A stretch of 64,000 bases of DNA from the human T2T-CHM13v2.0 reference genome, Homo sapiens, in assembly GCF_009914755.1 (NCBI RefSeq), contig NC_060928.1. One strand, written 5' to 3'. Of this stretch, positions 38,961 through 52,110 are shown piece by piece. The translations under genes were made by a program, and so were the position numbers. Numbering within the stretch: position 1 is the stretch's first letter; each line of letters starts with the position of its first letter. Below the pieces are notes generated by a model. It was not told where the DNA came from, made no database searches, and saw nothing but the letters and a program-made list of their open reading frames with translations.

Positions 38961-39651
38961 CTAAAATACATTTTACTAGTTGTACCTCTGCTGAGATTTA
39001 GTCATGTGAGTAACTGAGAAAATAATATCTCATTTAATTAACTATATCACTTCTTAATTTAGTCATTCATTCAATTAATATTGATTGTATATTAAAAATG
39101 TACCATGCATTGTGCTAGGCAAATAGGTAATAATAATGCACCTGGAAAAATTTCTTTCCTCATTGAGTTTGCATGTGAAAAGATAAACAATAAAGTTTCC
39201 TTAGATATTTAGGACTATCTCTTATCTTTGTCCAGTTAACATTTCCTCATGCAGGTCTTCCTTAGCCACTTTATTCAAAATGGCAATCTTCTATTAGTAA
39301 GAATCCCCTCATAAATGTTCTTTTTCTTCTCAGTATTAATTAGTACTAGAAATTATAGTATGCATGTTATTTGGTAAGCAGTTTATTGTTTATTTCCCCA
39401 CATGTGAGCTCAATGGGGAATCAATTAATTAAAGAGGAGATACTATCCTGATACAATATCCATATAATTAATATTTAAATACTACTGTTACAATATCAAT
39501 ATATGATAATAAAAAAGCATAAAATACAAACAAAGGAATAAAATATTCAGATGTATCAGTTAGAAAAACAATTCAGGCAACAATTCAGAGAAAACATTTG
39601 GGAAGAAGGGATAGTCAGGGACCAAAGTTAAGTGGTTATAAAGAATGTTAG

Positions 39652-40195
39652 TTATTTCAGTCAAGATCTCCCAGAAAAATAGGACCAATAGGATGTCCAT
39701 GTATACAGAGAACTATTTATTAAAAGGAACTGGATCACATGATTTTGGAGGCTAAGTACCAAGTTCTGTAATTAGCACATTGGAGACCCAGGAGATCTGG
39801 TGGTTTAGCTCCAGTCTGATTCAAAGTCTTGAGAATCAGGAGAGTCAATGGTGTAAGTTCCAGTCCCATGGCCAGCAGTCACAAGACCTTAAAAGAGTTA
39901 ATATTTAAGTTCAAGTCCAATGTGAGGAAAAGACTGATGTCCCAGGCCAAGATAATCAGGCAGGAGAAATTCCATTTTATGTGAGGGAGGATTAGCCTTT
40001 ATGCTCTGGTCAGACCTTCAACTGGTTAGATGAGGCTCACTCATATTTGTGAAAAGAGTCTGCTTCACTCAGTCTACCCATTCACATGTTAACCTCATCT
40101 AAAATACTCTCATAGACACACACTGGATAATGTTGCAAGAAATATCTAGGTATCTCATGGTCCAGTCAAGCTGACATGTAAAATTAACCATCACC
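39652..40195 (-). mobile_element. MLT2B-like ERVL solo LTR
   Basis: TGGAGACCCAGGAGA...GAGAATCAGGAGAGTCAATGGTGTAAGTTCCAGTC...CCAGTCAAGCTGACATGTAAAATTAACCATCAC. Confidence 0.85.
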
Positions 40196-42553
40196 TTACT
40201 AGTAAGGATAATGGCTGGAAATCATGGCAATGGAGGGGCAATTAGAAAAGAGAGAGTCAGCATTTTCTAAAGAGGATCAAGAAAAATGTGTTGATCAATT
40301 AAATAAAGAGTTTTGGAGATAATAATTCATTTTCAATGAAACAGAAATTTAGGAAAGAAGTGTAAGTTTAGAAGGGTGATCATGAAATTTTTTAACAATG
40401 GGAAATTGTTTAAATGATTTGAGACATAAATTATGGCAGTTTTATAAAGGGATATGTATTGAAGAAGAAATATTTGAATTAATGATAAGGATAAACACAT
40501 AGTAATTGCTAATGGAAGTCAAGAAAATAAATCTGATTAAAACTTTACCTTTAGATTGAAAAAAGAACCTAAATTGAGGCCATCAGATATTAAACAATGC
40601 CACATATAGCCTTTGGGTAAGCAATTCCAGGCTATTGAAAAAGCCATCGTGAGACAGCTATTTGCATAAAAATCTTGCAAGAATATCTCCCTTATTTATT
40701 ATTAATTATTGTTCTATAGAATATTAACGATGGAGCAAATTAAAGATAAGTACAATATTATGACTCATAGAACCTTATAAATATTTGTAAATGTAATTAT
40801 TTATAGAAATAAGAGTTGTTCTTTTTCTTTTTTAAAAATGGAGTATATCTCTAGTTATCAGTAAATAGGACTAATGCTCAGTCTACTAAAGGTAATTCAT
40901 TTATTACAATAGCTATTTTTCCTTGTTTGATTTGAAAAGCTTACTTAGGATCTGGTCTAGTAAAAATATTGCCGGGTTGTGTTTAGTATGCATATTAAAG
41001 TAAAACTAAACTGACAAATTCAGCTTCATGTTTGTAAAGATCTCACAGAGGAGAACAACAACAAAAACTAATGGAATTTTTAGAAAAAAATTCAATGCCT
41101 TGTTCTGTGCCTGTTTCTCTGACAGAATCTATGTGAGATTACCATTAGAAAAGTAGCTTCCTATTGGTTGAAAACCCCAACGTGAAAGACGTATAACACC
41201 AACTGTGATCAATGTCATTGTTGACCAAAATGCTGCTGGATGCCTTTAAAATTACTGCTCAAATTTTTTTTTTCTTAAGGATCACATCTGTAAATAGTAG
41301 ACTACATCAATGTAAAATTCTCAAATAATTAAAATTTTGAATATAAAAACTTTATTTGACTGTTTAAGTATAGTAATCCCTACTGTGAATACTAAAGTGT
41401 GATATTCCATGTGTAGTATACTATGAACATATAAAAACACATTTTAAATTTTGATTAAATAGTAGTAAAATGTAAGTTTAATTGGTGTTGATATTCGGAC
41501 TGTTGCTGATACTTTAAGCTTTCAGTAAATCAGCCGATCTTATAAGTGACAGACAAAATGAGCTATACAAATTTTTAGAGTCAAGTTTGCTATTTTAGAG
41601 ATTCTTATATAAAATCACATATATGTTTTAGAGATTTTTATATATGTCTGTAAATCTGTTAACACCTTGTAATTTGTTTTCACAGGTTTAAAGTAATCAA
41701 TGCATACTCTGTTTTTAAGATGCTCAAAATTAAGAAAACAGCTTTCGAGTGATATTGAAGATCCTCTTATTCTTTCTCTCCTTCTAAACTCTAATCTCCA
41801 ATTTAGGCAATTGTTCTATGTGGATGATAAGAAAATCTCTTAGATTCTTATCCTTATCTCAGCTGAGACATAGTATTTGCAACTATGACTGAGGGTTTTT
41901 CTTTTTTCCCAGGTAATAGAGAATTTACTGAATAACTATTCATCAGCATGATGGGCTCTTACAACGTAGAAGAATAATACACCTGCTGATAATCGTGTTT
42001 CTTCCAATAGTTTATACTAATGGAATTTAGAGCAAAAGTAGATTCTTTGTCTTGCTTATGAAAGTAAGCCAATTAACTTGATCCTTACAATACATTAAAT
42101 TGTGTGCCATTAATCCTTTTTTCACACCAATTTCTATCATTCGTCTCATTTTTATCTACTTGAATTCTGAAAAAAATGAAATATAAACGTTTGATAAACA
42201 TTGATTAACCATAAGTATCATTTAAATATAACAGTTATAGCTATAAATGAAGTAGACTAATTTTACATGTGTACATCTTTATTCTAATTAGACGTTTGCT
42301 CATTTCTGAAAATGGATGTCCTACTTACACTGTTTCAAAATGAATATATTACCATATTGATAAAGAAAATGATTTTGATGGGGGGCTTTAAAGAGTATTC
42401 ATTTGATAGAGTTTTGATTTAGAAAACAATATATTTAGATTTTGCTCTAAAAGTCCTTTTATTGAGTCTTAATGGAACATTAATGCCCATATCTAAGTAT
42501 CTTTCTCATCTAGCTCAATGTACCAGAGACAAAAATAAGTCCATTATATTTTG

Positions 42554-42555
<2 letters not shown>

Positions 42556-42592
<37 letters not shown>
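42556..42592. repeat. (GT)18 microsatellite
   Basis: Pure GT run. Confidence 0.95.
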
Positions 42593-42593
<1 letters not shown>

Positions 42594-43180
42594 ATATGCT
42601 CAGCAAGGTAGTAGTTCTTTAAGGGAAAAACAGGAAATGTAAGTCTATAAGCCTGCTTTTTCAGACTTCAGGGCATCTTAACTGCTTTTCTCTGAAATCT
42701 GACCTTAGTAGTTTAAGAAAATTCTAACTTTAAACAGCCCTTTTTTTCAGGCTTTTAAATGTGACTCGCTATTCTACTAAAATTTTATTTTTTCATTGCA
42801 GTTGAGCCTGTAAACAACACTTATAAAGAAAAATTATTTGCTTTTTAAAATACCATGAACCAAGAACAATTATTTCACACTGTATATGAGAGAAGTATGA
42901 TTTCCATGTTAGATGAGGTTTTAACAGTATTTTCCTACATGTTAAGGTATATCCTAAAGAAGTTGTAATACAATATATACATTTAGAGAAAAAATGTGGA
43001 GACTTGACTTCTATAATAACTATTCATTGCAACTAATTGGCACTTCTCTTAACAGAGTTGTCAAAATATTTGATTGATCATGATTAATTGATATTTATAT
43101 AAAATTATAAATTACCACTTTTTAAATTTTGAATCCTTGATGATCATTTTCAAGCAATGTGATGTTTAGAAAATGGATGT

Positions 43181-44177
43181 ACAATGGTTGAACTAATTTA
43201 CACTTCCACCAATAGTGTAAAAATGTTCCTATTTCTCCAAATCCTCTCTAGCCTCTGTTGTTTCCTGACTTTTTAATGATCACCATTCTAACTGGCATGA
43301 GATGGTATCTCATTGTGGTTTTGATTTGCATTTCTCTAATGACCAGTGATGATGAGCTTTTTTTCATATATTTGTTGGCCACATAAATGTCTTCTTTTGA
43401 GAACTGTCTGTTCATATTCTTCACACATTTTGATACGGTTGTTTTTTTCTTGTAAATTTGTTTTGGTTACTTGTAGATTCTGGATATTAGCCCTTTGTCA
43501 GATAGATAGATTCCAAAATTTTTCTTCCATTCTGTAGGTTTCCTGTTCACTCTGATGATAGTTTCTTTTGTGGTGCAGAAGCTCTTTAGTTTAGTTAGAT
43601 CCCATTTGTAGCTATTCCTCAAGGATCTAGAACCAGAAATACCATTTGACCCAGCAATCCCATTACTGGGTATATACCCAAAGGATTATAAATCATTCTA
43701 CTATAAAGACACATGCACACATATGTTTATTGCAGCAGTATTCATAATAGCAGACTTGGAACCAACCCAAATGCCTATCAATGATAGACTAGATAAAGAA
43801 AATGTGGCACATATACACCATGGAATACTATGCAGCTATAAAAAGGATGAGTTAATGTCCTTTTCAGGGACAGGGATAAAGCTGGAAACCATTATTCTCT
43901 GCAAACTAATACAGGAACAGAAAACCAAATACCACATGTTCTTACTCATAAGTGGGAGTTGAACAATGAGAACACATGGACACAGGAGGGGAACATCACA
44001 CTCCAGGGCCTGTCGGGAGTTGGGGGTTTAGGGGAAGGAAGCATTAGGAGAAATACCTAATGTAGATGACAGGTTGATGGCTGCAGCAAACCACCACAGC
44101 GCTTGTATACCTATGTAACAAACCTGCACATTCTGCATGTGTGTCCCAGAACTTAAAATATAATAATAATAAAATAA
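43181..44177 (+). mobile_element. L1PA7-like element with 5' inversion (43181-43609 antisense; 43607-44177 sense)
   Basis: Antisense ORF2 tail joined through TGT to the sense ORF2 end and 3'UTR (GGAGAAATACCTAATGTAGATGAC...CCCAGAACTTAAA) plus (TAA)n tail. Confidence 0.92.
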
Positions 44178-44184
44178 GTATTTC

Positions 44185-44770
44185 AAATGCTAAGCAATTT
44201 TGGTTATAGTAAAAAGTTCAATTAATTAAAAAAAAAACCTAAAATTAGAAAAAAACATAAAACTAAAGTGTTTTACTTTTCATGAAAACTTATCAAAAGT
44301 AGTTTAAACCATCCTTGCCTACTTGTCACCTAACAATGTGGAGCACTATCTTTTTTTACGCACTGGTGAATTGTCATATGCTTTTTAAAGTTTGGATCGG
44401 CTTCCTGCATTGTGTTCTTTATTCTTTCAGTGTCTTGAAGCACCTTCAAGGGTTTTTTTCTAATGTGAAAATTTTCTGCCAGCATTACTTCCTCTAGGAC
44501 ATGTTCATTCTGTTCATCACAACTACCTTTCTCATTTATGCTAAGTTCTCTTCCAGTAAGTTTCCGTGGCCTCATACCTAGAGACTCAAATGACAGCTGT
44601 GTCAATATCCCATGGTCAGCTGTCTTCTTATTGTATCTAATTTCACATCCAGCATTACTCCTTTTTATTTCTTTTCTGCACTTTTATCCATTGCACATTT
44701 CCTTCTTTTAATCATCCGTTTTGTAAAATGTCATGTGAGTTTATCATAGGAAGACATGGAGGTGACATAA
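44185..44770 (-). mobile_element. MER82-like TcMar-Tigger internal fragment, both termini missing
   Basis: ORF 44330-44605 gives EEVMLAENFHI...MQEADPNFKKHMTIHQCVKK, a Tigger transposase C-terminus-like peptide. Confidence 0.75.
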
Positions 44771-44939
44771 TTAAAAAAAAATGGACGTAGGACCTTCTCC
44801 CAACTTCTCATTTCTAAATAAAAAGATATAAATAATATAAACTAAAGAGACATGTACATCAACAATGGAAACCTAGGATGGTTTTCTAATTTGTGAAAAC
44901 TGGAAATATTTCTGCATGAGATAGAATGCTCATTGCTAA

Positions 44940-45585
44940 ATTGCAGAGTAGCGTATTGACGCATAAATCCATCTGCAAAACTAAAATCAAGACATCTACT
45001 CCAAAGTAAAGACGTATATATTATACAGACAGGGCAATTACATTTGATGTGCAGTTGTGATAGGGTGCTGGATCAGAGGGACAAATTAATACAAAGGACA
45101 TTATTTAAACAACTGGCAAAAAATAACCTATAGCCTGTAATAGATAATAATATTATATCAATGTTAATTTGTCTGAAGTAGCTAGCTGTAGTGTAATTAT
45201 GTAAGAATATTTTTGTTCTTAAGAATTATACACTGAAATATTTAGGGATACAGAAGCATGATGTCTACAACGTACTTTCAAGTTTAGAAAAAGACTAATA
45301 AGGATTACATACCTATATGTAGATGCAAAACCATATCACTATGATTATGTAAATCTACCTATATCAACATTTATATCAATTCCTATACATGTATTATATC
45401 TATATATCTCTCTATATCTTTCTATATCTATATATAGAGAGAGAGCATATGGGGGAAGAAAGAGAGAATTATAAAGCAAAAATCTCACCACTTGTATGTT
45501 GGTTAAGAGTTTATAGGAGATTTTTTTTTTTTTATTCTTGAAATTCTTCTACAAGTTGAAGTTATTTTATAATGAATAGTAAAAA
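44940..45585 (+). mobile_element. L1MC4/5-type 3' end
   Basis: AAAGGACATTATT..ACAACTGGCAAA...TATCAATGTTAATTT...ACACTGAAATATTTAGGG...GCATGATGTCTACAAC. Confidence 0.7.
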
Positions 45586-46184
45586 CAAATTGTTTTTGTG
45601 GTTCTGTCATTAACCCATATACAGCCAGGAACATATGTTTCATTCTGTTTTTGATCTTTCAGGATGGTTTTAAATAATTCTTTAAATTAATGTGAAATAT
45701 ATCTATGGTTCTGAAGTCAAAACTTTAAAAGCAAATTTATTCAAGGAAGTTTAGCTTTGATTTATCCCAGTCTGTTCTACCCTTTGCCTTCATTTCCCCC
45801 TTAAAACAGTTTTTTTTAATTTTTATAATTTATATATTGAATTAATATTTATATAGTATATTTGATTATATATAAATATATAATATGTACTTATACTTAC
45901 ATATATGTCATTTACAATTACACACATATAAATATACACACAAAGCTTGCTTTTTATTTAAAAATATATTCTGGTATTACACCAGTAACAGAGAATTCTT
46001 CCTCATTCACTTTTACAGCTATGTAGTTATCATGTAGGTTTATCAGTTTATAAAATCAGTACCTTATTCATGGGAATTTAAATTATTTCCAAATTTTCTT
46101 ATGTATTTGTTTTCTACTAATTATAATTAATAATTAATTGAATTCAATATATATTTCTAAACTGTAATAGTTTCAGTGATTCCG

Positions 46185-46382
46185 TGAATATGTATATATA
46201 CATATATATAGTGTGTGTGTGTATGTATGTGTATATATGTGTGTGTGTGTGTATATATATACACACATACCAGTAGTGTGTGTATGTATGTGTGTGTATA
46301 TGTGTGTGTGTATATGTGTGTGTGTGTATATATATGTACATATATATATATATGAAATATATATACTGGCAAAATATATATA
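46185..46382. repeat. Compound (TA)/(TG) microsatellite within an old antisense L1
   Basis: Alternating purine-pyrimidine tract; source of the H/T/Y/I-rich ORFs. Confidence 0.93.
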
Positions 46383-47219
46383 ACCTGATAAACATGTGTT
46401 TTTGTATTTTATCATTAATTCTTTGAGAATGATTCTTAGAAGTCATCTTAAAAGTATAAATGTATATGCAATTTTGCTAGATATTGCTAATTTACCTTCT
46501 GCAGGTGTTGTGCCATTTTGCATTTTCAGCAAAAAATTTTGAGAGAATCTGTTTCTCTACTTCGACAACAGCAGTTCTTCAAACTATTGAATTTTTTTGC
46601 CAATTGATAATAAATAGTGTCTGTATCCATATGTAATTTGAATTCAACTTATTATGTTTACAATTATTTATTCAAATAGTATCATTTTAATTATTTTTCT
46701 ACATATTCTAGTCCATTTTTATTGTTATCACTTTATCTCTTCTCTATTTTTGAAGCTTTTTAAATATTATTTAAATTTACCTTTTGTTGCCTTATGTGTA
46801 TATGGCTGTATGTGTGTATTACCAGTTTGCCATTTTTAAAAAAGTATATATTTTCATAAAACTTTTGGATTTTTGTAAGAGAATACATTTTTCTTTTTAG
46901 ATAATATAAAGAAAGTCATGTTTTCTCCTAATACATGTGTTTTTATCCTTACATTTTAATTTTGAATCTACTTGGAAGATTTGCCATATGGTATGAAAAA
47001 TGATCCAATTTTACCACTTCCATTTTTTTCTCAGTTGATTGTAGATGACAGATTTTTTTCCTATATTCAGTTCCATTGGCCTTTCAAATTTTTAATATAC
47101 AAATACCACATTCTTTAGAATTTTAGTATGTAGTAATATCTGGTAGAGTTAGTACCCTTCCCCCCACTATTGATCTTCTTATTTACACTATTCCTACATA
47201 CTTGGTTTTCTGTTATGCC

Positions 47220-48060
47220 ATTTTCTCTTAACCCTATTCCAAATAATGTTTTATCTTTACCACTCTACCAAATCCGCTCTTTTCAATGCCATCAATGTCA
47301 TCTGTATTTTGTTAAATCCAGTGCCTAATTACCATATTCTCATTTTACCATACCCTTCTGCAGTTCTTTAAAGAGTCGCTATTCCCTCCTGCTAAAGCTT
47401 TGCTTGCTTTCTTGTACACCACAGGTGTCTGGTGTTCTGCCCACATCATTGGCTACTCCCCCTCATGCAGTTTTTTTGCAAAAATCCCTCTTCCTAGCTC
47501 AGCTTCTAACTGCAGAAATATCAAAGAAGTTATCCCTCTAACATTGTCTGTTCTTTATTTATTCTCACATCTAAGTCTCTGATGCAATTCCATGTTGTTA
47601 AAATTTGCTATAAGCCAAATTCACATCTTCACCCACTCCTGATTGCTAGATTTATATATAGCTCTACATTTCCACCTGACTATATAAGAAATACTTGAAA
47701 CTTAACATATCAAAAATTGAATTATTTATTTAATCCAAAATTTTGCTTCTCCTTTTCAACCCTATCCCAGTAAACGATATCCATTTCCTTCCCAGTTGCT
47801 TAAGAAAAACATTAACTTCATCCTTGAGTCTGCTCTCTTATGCCTTACATTTAATCAATTATCAAATATTATTGGATATAAATTCAAAATATATCCAGAA
47901 TTTGTCCAATTATCTTCATCTCTATCACTACCATACTCAACCAAGCTGCTACCATTTGTTATCTATTCTTTAAAAATATAATATTTAAAGTGATATCCTG
48001 CTTCTGCCCTCAGTCCTCTAGAGTCTATTTCCAACACAGGAGAAAAATACAATATTTTAA
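47220..48060 (+). mobile_element. L2 relic
   Basis: CACTCTACCAAA..GCTCTT, TCTACATTTCCACCTG, CTTGAAACTTAACATATCAAAAATTGAA, AAAATATATCCAGAAT. Confidence 0.7.
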
Positions 48061-48189
48061 CAGGCAAACCAATACTTCAGAGTCATCATAATTAATAGAG
48101 CTTGGTACTGGCATAGGAGATACCTATGGTTCAATGGAAGAAAATTGAAAGTTTGTTAATAAAAAGTTATACGTATGGTTAATTCATTT

Positions 48190-49513
48190 ATTTTAAAATT
48201 TTAATTTTCATGGGTACATGGTAAGTATATATTCATATGGGATACTTAGACATTTTTATTTAGGTATGCAATGTGTAATAATCACATGAAGGTAAATGGA
48301 GTATCCATCACCTCAAACATTTATCATTTCTTTGTTATAGAAACATTCTAATTAAAAATACTCTTTTAATTATTTTTAAATACACAATAATTTTTTTTTA
48401 CTGTAGTCACCCTATTGTGCTAGCAAATACTATATCTTATTTATTCTACCTATGTTTTTGTACCCACTAACCATCTCCACTTTCCCTGTCCCCCCACTAT
48501 CTTTCTCAGCCTCTGGTAACCATCATTCTACTTTCTATCTCCGTGAGTTCAATTGTTTTAAATTTTAGCTCCCGCAAATGAGTGAGAACGTGCAAAATTT
48601 GTCTTTCTGAATCTGGCTTATTTCACTTAACATAGTGTCCTCTAGTTCCATTCATGTTGTTGCAAAAGACGGGATCTCTATTTTTTTCATGGCTGAATAG
48701 TATTCCATTAGGTATATGTATCACATTTTCCTTATTGATTTGTCTGTTGATGAACACTTACGCTGCTTCCAAATCTTGGCTATTGTGAATAGCACTGCAA
48801 TAAACATAGGAGTGCTGATACTCTTTGATACATGAATTTCCTTTCTTCTGGTTATATATGTAGCAGTGGAAATGTTGGATAATATAGTAATTCTATGTTT
48901 AGTTTTCTGAGGAATGTCCATACTGTTCTCCATAATGCCTGCATTAATTTAAATTCCCACCAAGTGTTTCCTTTTTTCTTAATCCTCTCCAGCATTCTTA
49001 TTGCTTGCCTTTTGGATAAAAGCCATCTTAACTGGGGTAAGATAATATATCATTGTAGTTTTGATTTGCATTTCTCTGATTATCAATGATGTTGAGCACC
49101 TTTTCATATACCTGTTTGCCATTTGTATATCTTTTGTTGAGAAATATCTATGCAAATATTTTGCCCATTTTTAAATTGCATAATTAGATTTTTCCTATTG
49201 AGTAGTTGGAGCTATATATTCTGGTTATTAATCCTTTCACAGATTGGTAGTTTGCAAATATTTTCTCTCATTCTATGGGTTGTATTTTCATTTTGTTAAT
49301 TGTTTCATTTGTGTGCAGAAGCTTTTAACAGGATGTGGTCCCACTTGCCCATTTTTGCTTAGGTTGCCTGTGCTTTGGGGTGTTACTCAAGAAATCTTTG
49401 CCCACTCCATTATCCTGGAGAACATCCCCAATGTTTTTTCGTAGGACTTTCATAATTTGTGGTCTTAGATTTAAGTCTTTAATCCATTTTGAATTGATTT
49501 TTGTATATGGTGA
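48190..49513 (-). mobile_element. L1MA2/3-type 3' fragment inserted into an L1MB
   Basis: ATGGGTACAT...TAATAATCACAT..GGTAAATGGAGTATCCATCACCTCAA...TTTTAGCTCCCGCAAATGAGTGAGAAC. Confidence 0.88.
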
Positions 49514-49519
49514 AAAAAA

Positions 49520-50735
49520 GTGGACTAGAAGCTATATCTCTCCCTCATTTTATATTGAAAAAGTAATTTAAAATTGATCATATCTAAGTTTAAGACCTAA
49601 AGTTAGAAAACTCTCAGAAGAGAACTTGGGAGTAAGTTTTTGTGATTTTGAATTAGGCATTGTTTTTCTTTTACATGTGACACCCAATATACAAACAAAC
49701 AAACAAACAATAAATAAATTGGACTTAAAATTAAAAAATGCTTTGAAAAATATCATGAAGAAAGTGAATAGACAGCCCACATATTAGAATATATTTGCAA
49801 ATTCAATATGTTCTGATAAGGGACTTGTATCCACAGTATATAAAAAACAATTACAATGAAATAACTGAAAACCAAAGAAAAGTAAAAAGTGGCAAAGAAT
49901 TTAAGTAGTTATTTATCCAAAAAAGATACAAAAATAATTAACAAGTGCATGAGAAATGTGTTCAATTATGTTTAATCATTAGGGAGCTACAAATCGAAAC
50001 CAAAAAAGCGATGCCACGTGATATCCAAAAGATGACTCATACTGAAACAAAACAGAAAATAGTAAGTTTTATGGAGAAAATGAAAACCCCATGATTGGTC
50101 ATGGCATTGTAAAATGATACAGATTCTTTGGGAAACAGTTTGGCTGTTCCTTTAAAAGTTAAATATGGAGTGACCATATGATTCAGCAATTCTATTCATA
50201 GATATATACTCAAGAGAAATGAAAACATATGTTTACACAATATACACATATTCTATAGCAACACACTTGTCCCATGTTGGAAACAACCTAAAAGACCATC
50301 AACTAAATAGTGGATAAACAAATGTGGTTTTCAAACATTAATAAAATTAAATATTACTCATTAGTGAATAATATTAAAACTTTTAATATTGCTTTGAAAA
50401 CATTATGCTTAATGAGGGAAGGTAGTCACAAAAGGCAACATATTACATAATTTAATTTATATGAAATGTCCAGAATGGGCAAATTCTTAGAAACAGAAAG
50501 TAGATTAGTGCTAGCCAGGAACTAGAAGAAGGAAGCAGTGGAGATTGAGAGATAATGAGTACAGGGCTTCTTTTTGTGAACATGAAAACGTCCTAAAATT
50601 AAATAGCGGTGATGGCTCCAAACTATGTAAATATACTAAAAAAGCAAAAGTAAAAAACCCTCAGTGAATTGTATGTTTTAAAATGGTGACTTTATTGCTA
50701 AGTGGATTTTATTTAAGTAAAACTCTTATTAAGAA
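49520..50735 (+). mobile_element. L1MB-type ORF2 end and 3'UTR (5' piece at ~48070-48190)
   Basis: TCTGATAAGGGACTTGTATCCA, ACTCAAGAGAAATGAAAACATATGT, ATGAAATGTCCAGAATGGGCAAAT..AGAAACAGAAAGTAGATTAGTG. Confidence 0.85.
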
Positions 50736-51857
50736 AAGGTGTTTCAAATCATGTAAATCTTTTCAATATCTTCACATCTTATTCTGAGTAATAGCTAGCT
50801 TAAAACTTGTTATTTAATGAATATATGAAAAATATAAAATGTATAATATTACAGTGTGGGTGGTATTTTGCTAAATTATACAAAATTTTTATTAAGAGCC
50901 CATTCAGTAAATGACAGGCAATGTTCACCCTACATGGCAAGAAAGAGACACCTGTTCAAAAAGATCCCAGGAGACTACAAGAGCAATTTCATAGTCAAAT
51001 TTGGAAAATAGCTAGGTCTTTTAAAGGAACTTTAAGGAACGATAAGATTCCCTATACAAATGGAACATAATGAGCAACAGGGACAGGAGTGTCTACAGGT
51101 AGCTGGAGAATTCTGCTTATAATTGTTTTTCTTAAGCTGGGAGTTTGGAAACACAGTCCAAGAAAAGTATATTTTGTAATCATAATTAACTGGAAAATAT
51201 ATATCGTGACTTATCACTGGTTTTATATTCATCCTAGAACTTAGAGAATATACACAATTTACGGAAAATGAAATAAGCTTTACTATCCAGTGTTACAAAA
51301 TCTTACCCAGACTAGGATGATCCTTGTTCATGTCTGTTTTGAAGAGTTTCACTTTTAACCAACTGTTAAATCAGAAAGAGAATTAGCTTATTTTTAAAAC
51401 ATCTTTTTTAAAAAAAATCAATTTAATCTACACTCTCCATTCAAGAACAGAAATCTGGATACAAAATGATTTAAAATTAATAAAAAATTTTTTTTGGATA
51501 CAAAATATTTAAAATAAAATAAGTGCATATAATGTTTTGGACAGGAGCAGCCTGAAACAGTTAAATACTGCCACTGCTGATCATTTAATGAGAAAACTAG
51601 TTGTGTTACTCTGAGTTGTGCCATACTTGATTACATCTCTGCAAATTTCAGGAAGCTGATATACCAGCGTTTGGTGGGATTAATAGAAGATTTGGAAAAT
51701 GATAGAAGATGCATGCATAAATTGTGTGTGGGTACAAAGCTCGGTGTTCATTGTTGTTTCTCAGAAAAAGATACGTGTTTTCATTGTGATATGTTTGCTT
51801 GATATGTAGTACGTAAATAAAAACAATTTAGATACTATATTTAGCCATCACTATGCT

Positions 51858-52110
51858 TTTGCGGCAGTCTTTGGGAGGGGCACATCTCAGAGCTTCCTTC
51901 TAGTGAACCTACTGCAAGAAAGAAGGTAGCCCATATCCTCCACCTGTGGCTGGCCCATTTTCACAGAATTTCTGTCCAATAAATGACTTCTTCATGGGCA
52001 ATCTATGCTGGAGTTCTCTGTTGGACTGGCTGAAACTTTTTCAAAACTCTACTACTGGCTAAGGCTCTTTCTAGTCTTCTTCTCCCTTTTCTTTCTGTGT
52101 TAACTGGAGT
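51858..52110 (+). mobile_element. LTR16-like ERVL LTR relic
   Basis: GGGCAATCTATGCT..TTGGACTGGCTGAAACTTTTTCA..AAGGCTCTTTCT. Confidence 0.55.

Noticed and set aside
46118-46156. Run of short palindromes (AATTATAATT, ATTGAATTCAAT, AATATATATT)
   Set aside because: Almost pure A/T sequence, where such short palindromes are expected by chance.
46144-46446. His/Thr/Tyr-rich ORFs
   Set aside because: Products of the TA/TG microsatellite.
51640-51735. Possible exon (TTTCAG|GAAGCTGATATACCAGCG...; KLIYQRLVGLIEDLENDRR)
   Set aside because: Weak donor site, no recognisable protein, no partner exons.
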